The position numbers and the translations under genes were made by a program. 64,000 bases of DNA from Phallusia mammillata (Eukaryota), in assembly GCA_965637545.1 (NCBI GenBank), contig OZ281494.1, positions 11,966,001 to 12,030,000 of the forward strand, written 5' to 3'. A model generated the notes under the pieces. The model was not told the DNA's origin and made no database searches. It was given only the letters and a program-made list of their open reading frames with translations. Positions 12,574-24,235 of the stretch are shown one piece after another (positions within the stretch are counted from its first letter, which is position 1; each line of letters opens with the position of its first letter).

Positions 12574-13428
12574 ATGGAAAGTCTTTTGCCTATTCCTGCA
12601 TTTTTAAAATCCATCCGACCCTATGTAAAAGTTGCTATTGAAATCAATCGACAAGACAAACTTGTATCCTATTACTGCTGTTACTATGCTTTGCAAGTTG
12701 GACTTAAAACTCAGTACAAGACAAGCCCAGAATCAAAGTTGTATCTTACAAAACTAATGGGCTTTCAAGAAAATTTGCACAAAGAAATTAAGGCTGATCC
12801 AGAACTAAATGAAGGTTTAGATGACATGACAGGGCAAGCTGTTGTTGAGGCTGCGGCAAACAAACTATTCAACTGGGCTGATGGACAGGATAGAAAATCC
12901 ATCTTTAACAAACAAGTTGTAAAAAGCTTCTACACTTCATCAATACTTTTTGATGTCCTAGATGTCTTTAAAGAGGAGACTTCTGATGAAATTAAAACAC
13001 AGCACAAATATGCTCGATGGAAGGCTACTTACATTCATAACTGCCTGAAAAATAATGAAACTCCTCAACCAGGTCCCATAGGTGAATTTGAAGATGAGTT
13101 TGGTTCTGTTGGTGTCTCCCAAGGAGAGCAACCATCAACATCTCACAGTGACAGTGGTGGTACTTCTGGAGGAGGCTATGTTGCTCCTGAAATGTCAGCT
13201 CAACCGATGCCAGCACCACGAAAGCAGTCTGCACCAGAGCCAGAAGAAACTCAATATGCAGATACTGTGCCCACAGCACAGTCTGGTGCTAATCTGACAC
13301 AAAAAGACTTCAGTGATGCTGAAAAGTTATGCAAATATGCTGGAAGTGCTCTTCAGTACAAAGATGTCGCAACAGCTACAGACTATTTGGAGAAATGCCT
13401 TCGCTTGCTGCGAACAGGCAAGCAGTAG
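12574..13428 (+). CDS. VTA1: Vacuolar protein sorting-associated protein VTA1 homolog (LIP5), 284 aa, single coding exon
   Basis: N-terminal MIT region (YYC..YA, LF..AD..DR, KSFYT...LFDVL, KYARWKATYIHNCLKN.ETPQPGP), low-complexity linker, C-terminal VSL domain (K.CKYAGSALQY.DV). Confidence 0.97.
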   Translation: MESLLPIPAFLKSIRPYVKVAIEINRQDKLVSYYCCYYALQVGLKTQYKTSPESKLYLTKLMGFQENLHKEIKADPELNEGLDDMTGQAVVEAAANKLFNWADGQDRKSIFNKQVVKSFYTSSILFDVLDVFKEETSDEIKTQHKYARWKATYIHNCLKNNETPQPGPIGEFEDEFGSVGVSQGEQPSTSHSDSGGTSGGGYVAPEMSAQPMPAPRKQSAPEPEETQYADTVPTAQSGANLTQKDFSDAEKLCKYAGSALQYKDVATATDYLEKCLRLLRTGKQ

Positions 13429-14144
13429 TTTTCTTCAAGATGCCCATAATCAAATGTAAATAAATATATATCCTGTACTGATGCATTTCATAACATTGTG
13501 TATGTTTATCTACTGTTTGAAACTGCTTGAAAACTTCTCAAGGTACCAGTACTGAGTATGTTTTTGTTTTAGTCTTATTACATACCAAGATACATCACTG
13601 TTAACCTTATAGGTTGATATTATACCTGACAGCAACAGCTATATATATATCACTATTGCTTGAACATTTTTTAAAGGACAACAACTGCATAAACTTTCAA
13701 CACAACCTGTGGAAATATTTGTGGACTGTTTGTGTTAGTCAGTTCTGTTTTGGACACTTCATCAAGCACAGCCCTGACAATGCAATAACATACAATATTT
13801 TGTATTGAATCCATTTTCAGTCTTTTGTACTCCTTGAAAGTATTTAGCAATACAAAACAAACACTGATGTTGAACATTTTTTAAACGATAAAATTATATT
13901 TGCCAAATGTAAAAAATACACCAAAAGTATAAAAACTAGTAAAAAAAATAATCCTACACAACCACATTAGTATTTAAAAAATTAAATCATGCATCTCCTA
14001 GCAACAACAGTAGTTGATTTTATTACATTTTGATGATTGTCGTTTGCAAAAAAAACACCCTCATAGCATTGTTAGAGTTAACTGCAATTCAAAAACCACA
14101 GATGCCTGCTAGTGAGCCCACTTCTCATTTTCAAGGCTCTTTAT

Positions 14145-14597
14145 TTACTTCTTGGCTTCAGTTACATTCCTTACATTTTCAAACAGTGATTCCATATCCT
14201 GCAACATTTTATACATGTAGATATTATCCAAGGCAGCAACATTAGCAAAACTTATGTGCAACAAGGTTTGATAAAAGAGTATTGTTTCAGGCTTAAAATG
14301 CTTTTAGCAGTTTTGTAATATACCAGAATTTTTTGTACAAACCTTTAGATTTTGAAGTTCAGATAACAAATTTGAATGTGATGCTAGAGTTTTTTCATAT
14401 GCACTCTCAGGAATTTCTAGTGGTGTTTGATTTGGTTCAGGTTTGTAACTTTTTAACTCCTCAATAAATGTTTCTGACGCTGCCCGGTCAAGTTTTGCAA
14501 GTTGTTGTGGATAGGTCTTTCGTAAGTTTGCTATCTCAAATTGCAAATCATAGATGGCTGCCTTGTTTAGGATGTTGGTGTAATTTTCTTGATTCAT
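14145..14597 (-). CDS. Short NSL1/Mis14-like kinetochore (MIS12 complex) protein, ~102 aa, 2 coding exons; N-terminus uncertain
   Basis: Exons 14597-14343 and 14198-14145 (GT-AG, phase 0). EIANLRKTYP..., EELKSYKP and LKDMESLFE resemble recalled human NSL1 DIATKRKQYP, EILKQYHP and MKSLPALIE with similar spacing. Confidence 0.6.
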
Positions 14598-14791
14598 CAG
14601 CGTTGTTTATGTTTACAGCCTATAACGTTAAGCTTCTTTCTGGCATAAGTGAATGTTGTATTTAATTTGCTTTTGATAAATGCTAAACCTGGTAAACAGA
14701 AGTTTTAGTAGTATGTTAGGATAAACATGTATAAAAAAATCTCATTAACTTACATCATTTACGGTTACGTGATTGACTGGACAGAAGACTA

Positions 14792-15113
14792 CCGTATTTA
14801 CTCGATTGTAAGCCGCCCTCGTATGTTGAGGTGTAAAAAATAATATAAGCCAGTGGTCGGCAACCGCCGGTACCGGTCCGCGAGGAGTTCGTTACCGGGC
14901 CGTATAATTTTTCACGTTAAATGCTATAAAACATTTTGCCCATGTATCCCGGGCATGATAAACTAATTTAAGCGTTTTTATAGCTATATATTTGTAGTTT
15001 TTTGAAGACCGGTCCGCGATAAAATTTTAGTTGTAAAACCGGTCCGCAGTGCAAAAAAGGTTGCCGACCCCTGATATAAGCCCAAGCCGCCGCTTACAAT
15101 GGAGTAAATACGG
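14792..15113. mobile_element. Tc2-like (Tc1/mariner) MITE hosting a nested hAT MITE
   Basis: TA-flanked (14790-14791, 15114-15115); ~24-bp TIR ccgtatttactc(g/c)attgtaagc(c/g)gc; about 91 bp once the insert and one TSD copy are removed. Confidence 0.85.
14851..15073. mobile_element. hAT (Buster/Charlie-type) MITE nested in the Tc2-like MITE
   Basis: TIR cagtggtcggcaacc / ggttgccgacccctg (14/15), perfect TSD ATATAAGC (14843-14850, 15074-15081), internal ccggtccgc repeats. Confidence 0.93.
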
Positions 15114-15643
15114 TATCTTAAACCTGTCAATCAATTACAAAATAAAGTTTAAAAACAGGCCAAAACGGATGAGGGAAAGGGCTTGCTACGTTTAGGTTTT
15201 ATTACCAGAAATTATTTCCAGATGTAATTTATAATCTTTTACAATTACAAAACATTAATGAATTGTTTTACAAAAAAAACTGAGCGATTATTACAGTGAA
15301 AATATCATAAACTTTTTCTGGGGAATTGACAGGTTTCATTGGCGGTTGAGTGAAACTCAAAAGGGCGTCAATCAACTGGAAGTGGGTCACGGTCCATTTG
15401 GTCCCTTGTCTTATAAATAAAGTATTTTGCTCGTCATTGAACAGTAGGTGTGCGTAAAACTAATTGTGTTTTGCTGCGTGAAAGCCGAACCTGTACATAC
15501 CAGAAGGAGGACAGCAGATTCCAGCACACTACAGCCATATTTTTGGTCCCGCCGACATATTTCGGTTATAACAGCATGCATCTTTATGCAATTACGTTTT
15601 GTGTATTTATGATTAAACAAATATACGAATCCCGAATTCAAAG

Positions 15644-17271
15644 TAGGGATGGCCCGATGGTACTGTATCGGCGCCGATACCCGATGCTTCGAGCAGTATC
15701 GGTCCTCGTCCGATACTTTAGCGGTATCGGTACAAGTACCGATACTTTTCTTGAGACTTTATCATGTGTAAAATTGAAAATGAAAGGAGGCAAAAAAACA
15801 ACAACCATCGGCTGTGATAAAATATTTATGGGACTACAACTAAAAAACGCGTTTGTTTTGGATTTAATGAAATAATATGACCTAAATCGCTACAGCGACT
15901 TAATGCCGCAACACGTTTTTTAGGGCCGCGTTAATTGCGAACGTCACAACGCACAAAGTTCATTGTAGACGTTTGTAAGCATAAGTTTCGAAACGGCAGG
16001 TGTTTAATTTGTATGGCCAAGTGTATTTAGACATTCCTAGTGTTATCAGTGACAAGTTATTTTCTATGCCGTTAGGTGAACTTGTAAAAAAAAGTGCTGT
16101 GTGGGATCATTTTATGAAGTGCGAAACTGATTTGTCTAAATGCACATGCAATCATTGTGGTGCAATTCTTGCCCGTGGTGGTAATAGTTCTAGGTCATGG
16201 TTAGGGATGTTTAAAGTAGAATAACTGGGTATTCTAGAATAATTGTTTCGAATCTAAAATATCAAATCCAATTCTTATGTCATGTTTAACTGTGTAGTCA
16301 TTAACCTTGACAATAACGAAAGTAGACCATTTTCACACATTACAAAGCTTAACCAAAACAAAGAAAATTACTGGGAAAAAACTTAGCACAACTACATTGA
16401 AACTAAATACCCAAAAATCCACAAAGACAGAGAATTAGTAAAAAAACTTTGATGATAATAATTTCATTTAGTGGTTTTTATTGCCTTCAGTAGTAGTAAC
16501 CATGTTGTGAGCATGCTGAGGTAATTAGATTTGTCTGGTTGTAAAGCACTGACATAGACTTCCTAGTGTACAGATATATAAAGTTTGTTAACTAACTGCA
16601 AAAAAGGCACCCTAGCAAACAAAGTTGTGACTTTCGGTGATTACTTTTTAAATCCCAATTAAACTACCTGCGATTTTGCAATACAAAAGTTGGCGTTAAG
16701 AAATGACCCAAACGTTATATGTTTTGGGATTCCTTCACTGTTTTGGGGATATTAACAGACAATCCCATTCTCTGCCTAAAGCCATGATCGTTAAATGTTT
16801 TTTGTTGTCAAAGTCGTAAAACAATAACGCCGGTAAGACGTTGCAAACAATAGACGCCGGAAAGACGTTGCAAAGCGCGTCGCATAAACGTAATCACGTG
16901 ATCAGATGCGTAACAACAAGTGCACCAATCGTTAGTTATGCCTCCAATGCACCACCGTCGTTAGGGCGTTGTTAGCTCGCCAGCTGATTTGCCAAAGAGT
17001 CTTTACAAGACCTGGGCATTTTACGGCCTTAAGTGATTTATTAGACTGAGTGTGTTGTTAAAATACCTGTGATGGTGAAAAAACAGTTAATGTGTTAGAC
17101 TCAGTGTGTTGTTACATTAACTGTGATGGGAAAACACATTACAAATACATCAGTTTGAAAATGTTTTGCTTGTTTGCAAAGTATCGGGTATCGGTATCGG
17201 ATCGCAGTACTTTTGGGGTAAAATATCGGGTATCGGTATCGGTTCAAAATATTGGTATCGGGCCAACCCTA
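15644..17271 (+). mobile_element. Internally deleted hAT (Ac-type) DNA transposon
   Basis: TIR tagggatggcccgat / atcgggccaacccta, perfect TSD ATTCAAAG (15636-15643, 17272-17279), subterminal GTATCGG arrays, BED-finger remnant. Confidence 0.92.
16085..16200 (+). pseudogene. Truncated BED zinc finger of a hAT transposase
   Basis: KKSAVWDHFMKC...KCTCNHCGAILARGGN contains W.HF and CxxC; homology breaks off before the His pair. Confidence 0.8.
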
Positions 17272-17306
17272 ATTCAAAGGTGTCAATTTGACCACTAACG
17301 GCAACC

Positions 17307-17682
17307 TTCAAAACGGTCCCTTTGCCATTATTTCGAGGGCTCGCGGTCCTTAAGCCTGAATGTGTATTTCAGAAAAACGAAAGTTGATTGCAGGATTTTA
17401 GCTTATTATGTAAAAACGCATAATAATGACCCAAAGACAGCTTGTGACATCACAGACAAAACAAAAAACGTTTGCGAATAATTGCATTTTTGTTAGTTGT
17501 CATGCAACAAAGGCTATTATTTAGCAATAGAGACAGCCGATTCTCAATTCTTCTTTGATTCAAACTTATTTAATGACATAAACTGACGCCAAAAAAGATT
17601 ATAATCATATAATTATAGAATTATACTTCAACCTTTTCGTGGTCCCCCCAAAATTGCCTTACGGACCCCTAAAAGACCGCGG
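17307..17682 (+). mobile_element. TIR-less copy of the hAT MITE family found intact at 46859-47219
   Basis: Collinear high identity from ttcaaaacggtccctttgccattatttcgagg through ccaaaattgccttacggaccc; both termini are missing. Confidence 0.8.
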
Positions 17683-17689
17683 CGTTTGC

Positions 17690-18647
17690 TATCATTAAGG
17701 GGGCGCTAGATAAATGAACAACTTGGGCGATTGGGCGGGGCTGGGAGAAGGTAGAGCTGTTGAAACGAAATAAAACTTTTTTAAGTCATTTTTGTCATCC
17801 AGCGACCGGTAAAAGCAAATTAGGTTAGTATTCACTGTATTGGATGTATTTTGCTACATGATTTCAATAATGATGTGCTTTTTTGTGCAAATAACAATGC
17901 TTCATTTGTCGGGACTTGTCTGCGCTTAAGAGCAAAATTTACAGGTAGCAATGGATTTGTGCTCGGCAGAACCGAGTCAGAACAAGAGTGCTCTGTGCTT
18001 CGGCGCTCGGTCGCATTAACTAAGCCGAGTGTTAGACTTGCTGCGAAACTGTACTACAAATTGTTTGCTTGACTCTTACACAATAATTTAACGGGCAAAT
18101 CATTAACGGGTTTGTTGACATCACAATTAAACGTGTGATTTGTTAACTGCTGACTTACGGAAGCAGAGACTCCAAAAATAACTGTGACTGTTTTCAAAAA
18201 CGTTGTGGGCTTGCCTTACACGTTACGCAGAAGGCACATCTACAGCTTAAATACGGCCCTATAAGCTACATTCCACGTTTGTCGCAAAGGGGGCATTGAA
18301 ATCCACAAAAAAACACTATGTGAATGGGAGCGTTGCGTGACCGTCACAATACACCGAGCGTGATCGACGAAACGGAACAATTGCTGGTTTGGCCCATTCC
18401 TGGTACCAAGTTAAACGCAATGCACACTGTCTGCAGTTAGGGGTATCATGTTGAATTAACCCTTAGCATTTTCATATTTAAGCGCTAAAACATCAATTAT
18501 CGCATTTATTTTGTACGTGAAATAAAATGTAAAATATACACCAAAAGTACGATTTTATTTTTGTTTGTTTTAAGGGGGGCGTTTATAAATTATGTAGAGT
18601 TATAGACCTAAAAGGGGCGGTACAGAAAAAAGGTTGAGAAACACTGG
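17690..18647. mobile_element. Truncated Charlie-type hAT remnant; only the right TIR is recognisable
   Basis: Ends in aggggcggtacagaaaaaaggttgagaaacactg (18647). No matching left TIR or TSD found; the left border is a guess. Confidence 0.45.
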
Positions 18648-19112
18648 TTTAAAGCATTGAATTTATTCAGTATGCTTTAACCAAAATGACATATTTTCTG
18701 TGAATTTTTTTGAGCTGCACACCCCAAAAAAATGGCGTGTAAGTACATATTTAAATGCTCCAAGAATGTCTCTGTTGCAAAGATTTGGAGCACATTGAGT
18801 CAATACAAACGATAAAATGACTGAAGTATGGACAAAATGCATCAGTCAATCGCAGCAGTTAAAAAAAACAAATTAAATGATTATGTAGGCTACACATATC
18901 CAGCGGCATTGTGATAAACTTGTGAGGTCATTGTGATTTAAAACAAAAATATTACAACTTACGGGCGTGCGTTATTTTGGGCGAAGCTAATGGTCACAGC
19001 AAGCTGCTAGCGTTAGTAGAATATATGGAAGGTAGTGTAACGGACACAACGAAAAACGAAATAACACCATGCCAATGTACGAGTACATGACTCTATCCTA
19101 ATACAATTTATT

Positions 19113-22100
19113 TCATTGTGGCGCTTTTAGACCAAAGCCAGACCATGTCTGCGCATGAAACAGGTCGTGGCCTTTCAGTTTGCTGACCATTGTCCCTCCA
19201 ATCACCATTCCAAATAGCTGTCCAGCACCATTGTCCTTGCCAACTGGAACCACCATCATGAAGGAAGCTAAAAAATGAAACATTCTCGTGCAATTTTGCA
19301 ATATCGCCAAAGGTTACAGCGTATCCACGGAAAATCTACTGACATCATACATCACGGCAGGCCAACAGCTAAATTTCGATAGGTGGCAGAAAGAGCACAA
19401 ATACCTTTTTAAAACGATATATCTCCAGAAATGCTGACAGTTTAAAAATTCAGTAAAACTGCATGTCTTGAAACTTAGTTCCTAATCCTACCTCTCTTTT
19501 ACTGCCTAATAAATTATTTAGTTCTGTGCGCCACCTATCAAAATTTAGCTAGGTCTGTCGTGAGGTATGGTGTTAGTAGCTCTACCCGTAATTACAATCG
19601 CAAATTACATAAACAATCGTAATTACAATCGCGCAGCCTCGGGTGGACAAAAATCAAGCTTTATAATTTCTTTGTTCACAATTCACATATCAAACTTGGA
19701 AATGTATAAACACGAAGACATGAAACCTTTTCTACCGTTTTACTGCAAAAGGAAAATTTATCGTTAAGTTAGCCAGCCAAACACCCACCAGTTTTGTGTG
19801 GGTTCAATTTTCCGTTGCTGGCAACAGCTTTGAAGTTATTAAAAACCAGTTTTGCCTGGAGCTGGCCTGTATAGGTCATCTTTTCCTCAGGCGAATTGTT
19901 TATGTCGCCGATGGCATAAATGTCTTCGTGACCTTTAACCCTGAGGTATTCATCGACTTGTAAAGCGCCATGTTCGGTGAGAGACGAAGCTGCAATAAAA
20001 GGCCACAAACTCGGTTTATTTAAACACAAAAGCAAGCAGTCAACGGTAGCAAAACTTAACAGAATAACAAAGCGAATTGTTAGGTTATATTTGCCCTTAG
20101 TTTAAAAGCCAACAACAAGTAAAACATAACTTGTAGGGCTAAATTAAAAGAAATATTGTATTGGACACGTTACACGTCTGTTGTGTTTATGTAATCCAAA
20201 TTTGCCAATAATAACCTTCAGCTAGTTCCTGTCACAGAACGTTAATTAATCAAAATAGATTATTCCGGCAAGGGTTAAAACCCGCTAAGAAAAATCATGC
20301 CCTTCCTGTACGCTTAAAGGACCGGTATGTAAACATGCTGGTCATTACCACATTTAAACTTACCTAGTGCTTCTTTGAAGAACTCGTTGTTAAGTTTAGT
20401 TCCAGTGCATGGAATGACGATGTCGGCGGTCACCTCTTTACCGCTTTCTGTCTTCACAACTTGTCCCTCTACGTGTTCGTTCAATTTCAAATCGGAAAGG
20501 TTGCTTACCCGCTCGCCTGAAAATTTACACTTGAAATATTAGAGCAGTGTTTCTCAACATGGGGGTCAAAGCACTTTTAAGGGGTCGCAAAGACGCAACC
20601 CAACTCGGAAAGATTTAAAACAAACTTTCCCCGTGACCTCGGAAAAGATTTAAAACAAACTTTTCCTTTTAGCATAGTTACCAACAAAACGGTTTAATTT
20701 AGAATAGGTTCAACCACATTTTCAAAAATATATCTATCTATGAATGTGTTTAATTTATTTTTTCTGAAAAGCACGAAATAATGGTGACATGAGCCATAAC
20801 CACAATTTTACGAGGTTTCTGTACACCTATAAGCCGAACTGCTACAGTGAAGTCTGATAGTAAATGTACGATGAACAATGTATGGTAAAAAACTTTAAAT
20901 GTGTTTGTAAAAGTGGCGCATAGTGATAGAAAACCTTTAAAGGGGGTCACAAAGCAAAATAGTTGAGAACCACTGTATTAGAGCCTGTACGGTGAACAGT
21001 CATTCAAGACCAAGTCCAGCGATATGCTATGCAAAATTTCTGTTGGAAGCAATTAAGCTGAAGTATATAGACGTCAAACATATGCGGTTGTTTCTTTACC
21101 ATCGTTAACCTTTCTAGTGGATTCGTAAGTCTTGCTTGTGAACCGCTTAACTGACATGTCCAAGCTAGTCCAATAGAAGATCAATATGTTAGTCGTCATA
21201 AATGTCAACAAACGCCGTTGCTCGCCACATATCGTTGTCAGGTAAAGCCTTTCTGACCCTCACTGAATGAAACAGTCCATTGATTTTAAATGTGTTAATC
21301 ATTACCGAACATTTTTTTGACTAACCAAGTTATACTATAACCGTTATACATTATAGTATAACGTGTTGAAAGATGTATGTACACGGGCGTGGCCAACACA
21401 CACGAAATGGCGTAAACAGCTTAGTAAATACGTGTCACGTATAGGCGCGTGCTTATCAGGGTATATGCGACTGTTAACTTTTTTGAAACTTCTGATACCC
21501 AGAGTCAACTCTCTGGTACAACATTCCGTCGCGAGTTTTATAATTTTTACCGTTCGGTGGATGGACAAAATGTGCAGAACATCGTATTGTTTGATGACCG
21601 AAAGGCAAAACGAAGTAAAGTGTACGTTACACAAATTCAACCATAAGTCCCCAGAAACTTTGTTTTGAGTTACGTCTTAGCCCAAGCCCTAGGTTTAAAA
21701 AATGACATACACCCTACTAGGTTGGCCCATGCCCACATGACACAAGTGGGTCTTCCGGCGTTTACTATCACCACACGTCGTAAGGAAGTCACGGCTTTCC
21801 CTAGTACAAGTAAAGCAGTAGGCATTGAACACGATACAAAGACGGAGAACCAATTTGGTTATAATATTTTGAACATGACACGTACCCAAACAAGAATTTT
21901 ACAAACTCAAATGCAGGACCTTGCTGGTCATTTCACATGGCTTGAAGTAATATGCAGTGGTGTCTTTTGGGATCATAACTATCGCATACATGAGGTCCTG
22001 CTGGGATGCTTTCCAGCACAGTATCCCGAGGTATACTCACCAGTCATAAAAGTGATGTGTTTGTGGTTCAACACGCCGATAAGTTTCTTTTGCAAGCCTT

Positions 22101-24036
22101 TCGATGTTCTATGGGATACGAAGTAGTCGTGTGAATTAATGAGAGTCACCTGAAAAGATGTAGGGAATAAATATTTGTCATACGGGTCTGCGCATATAAA
22201 GGACCTTTTCAGCTACACCATTGTGATATTATTCTTTGATGTACAATAAAATACACTTACCTCTTTATCTGGGTAAGTTGTTTTTATTTCGCCAGACAGT
22301 TCCACGCCAACTGCGCCACCGCCCACCAAAACTACACGCTTTGCGTTTTTCACCTGCCAAGTTAAAGCATTTCATTTATTTCGCTATAAATTTGGATTTG
22401 ATTCAATTTTTTTCGACTAATTGCTGATGCACAGAAAGAATGTAATTTGCCACCAATCGTGCCAGCGACGTTTTTGCGATTTGTTGCAATCAACGCAACA
22501 CGCCTGTATAATTACCATACTGTCAAATGTCAAACATGCATGTATGCATAGCAATATCAAACAATTGCAATTTAGTTATAACTTTAAACATTGTGTCATT
22601 TGTTGTGTTAGGTTTTCAATTTAAATTACAAAGGCCATTTAAACCTAATATAATTCGTTAAAACCAACACGTTTAAAGCAATGTAAACTATTATCCAGAA
22701 TTTTTGATGGTTTTATGTGGCTTTTGCTAATTTAACGCTTTTGTTACAGTTCGTGTCTCTGTAACAAGTAAAAAGCTACTGTACACTGACAACAGAACTT
22801 GTTACACTTACTTCGGTTCTGTAGTCGGCGTAAATCTTCAGCGCATCCACGGTGGAGACATTTGGATAAGCTTCTGTGACTTTGCCTGGAAATGGTGCCC
22901 TTGTACCTGTTGCGATGACCAAGTGTGTATAGGAGACCTAAAACCAGACATAGGTACTAAGTCGGTCAGTTTAAAAAGTGTATAAGGTTCTCAATACCTA
23001 ATCTTCTTACATCAAATAAGTAATTAAGAATTGATCATGTGATGTTATCACGTCACACTTTTTCCGATATTTTTCTTTGTTAAAGTTTACCGTGGTACCA
23101 TCTTCCAACGTAGCTTCCTTCTGTGCCGTGTTTAATCCGACAGCTTTGCCACGTTTAAAAGAATCGCCAATAAACTGATCATAGGGAAGAAAAATCTTCT
23201 TGGTGAAATCTGGTACAAATGAATACGTGTTGTTGGCTAGTCTGTCGTATTCTAGATTTCTAGAACGTTAAATAGTTGGTTGACATGTTTTTACTTCCAT
23301 GAAACTCGTTATAGAGCGGCCTTCGAGTTACATTGAAGTTGACACCTGTGCCTTCGAAGCAATGAGAGAGACTCGTGTCCCAATCAAAGTGTTTAAAGCC
23401 GACCTGGCAACTGGCCCAACTTCAACAATCTAAATTATTGATACGTGCTTTGCGTTTGAAGGGGATTAGTGACTCGCAAAAATTACAGTAAGTGGTTGTC
23501 GTGTGTTTTGGCATTGGCAATTATAGTACATTTGCCCATTGAAAGTTGATTTGGACGTTTAGGCTACCGCATAGTTGCGTCGGATTTTTATTTCTTTACA
23601 AGACTAAAAATCTCAGTAAATTGATTCAGGGAATTATTCCCTGTTCTATTACCATTCTTGCTACGATTTCGACTTTTCATTGTATATACCACAAGTTGGG
23701 AAATGTTTATTTCCAGTTAAAATCAGTTGGCAATGTTAGAACTTTTGTTTCGCTAAAAAGGCCATCTTTTGTGTCTATAAAGGGCAATAAATGGATATTA
23801 AAATTTTTAAAATTGAAAAGGCTAATGGTTCTGACAAGACTATATACCTTACCTTCTTCAACCACACAACGTAGAGCTCCAATGCTATGAACCATTGCGT
23901 CTTTTGGGTCGATCATGGTCACTTTGCACAAATTACTCTTTTTTATCTTGTACGCCAGCAGTGCCCCACAGTAGCCACCGCCGACTACTACTACATGCAT
24001 ATTTTCCTGGTATGGCACCGAACTTCCTGACCCCAT
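19113..24036 (-). CDS. AIFM2: Ferroptosis suppressor protein 1 / AIF-like NAD(P)H oxidoreductase (379 aa, 8 exons)
   Basis: Exons 24036-23853, 23209-23091, 22937-22812, 22353-22261, 22149-22041, 20516-20364, 19989-19789, 19267-19113; phases are consistent (1140 nt). MGSGSS myristoylation motif, VVVVGGGYCG, LVIATG, VVLVGGGAVGVELSGEI, IPCTG, IYAIGD, C-terminal K..DLF...W. Confidence 0.96.
19350..19565. mobile_element. TA-flanked MITE in AIFM2 intron 7
   Basis: ~36-bp imperfect TIR with core agctaaattt(c/t)gataggtggc; TA at 19348-19349 and 19566-19567. Confidence 0.75.
20545..20975. mobile_element. hAT (Buster/Charlie-type) MITE in AIFM2 intron 5
   Basis: TIR cagtgtttctcaac / gttgagaaccactg, perfect TSD TATTAGAG (20537-20544, 20976-20983), internal tandem duplication of ctcggaaagatttaaaacaaactt. 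Confidence 0.92.
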
Positions 24037-24235
24037 AACTGCTGGTCGTTGTTGTACAGTTTTAGCCTGTAAGTAGGTCTATGCCGTCTGCACAAATTAT
24101 ACGTATTTGTTGGTATTGTTGCAGAACAAAGTGTATTTGTTGCCAACGCAATTAAGTATTTGAACTGTAAAACCGACATAACTATTGATTTGTCAAAACA
24201 AGTATACGTGTATTTAGCAACATAAACCAAACAAC

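Noticed and set aside
15411-15875. Overlapping 76-141-aa ORFs
   Set aside because: They run across the non-coding left end of the hAT element and show no protein features.
18418-18440. gcacactgtctgcagtt, similar to the hammerhead 3' end at 421-437
   Set aside because: No CUGAUGA or stem II nearby; a short chance match.
21665-22126. 153-aa plus-strand ORF in AIFM2 intron 5
   Set aside because: Overlaps AIFM2 exon 5 in antisense, starts at TTG and has no domain signature; likely chance.
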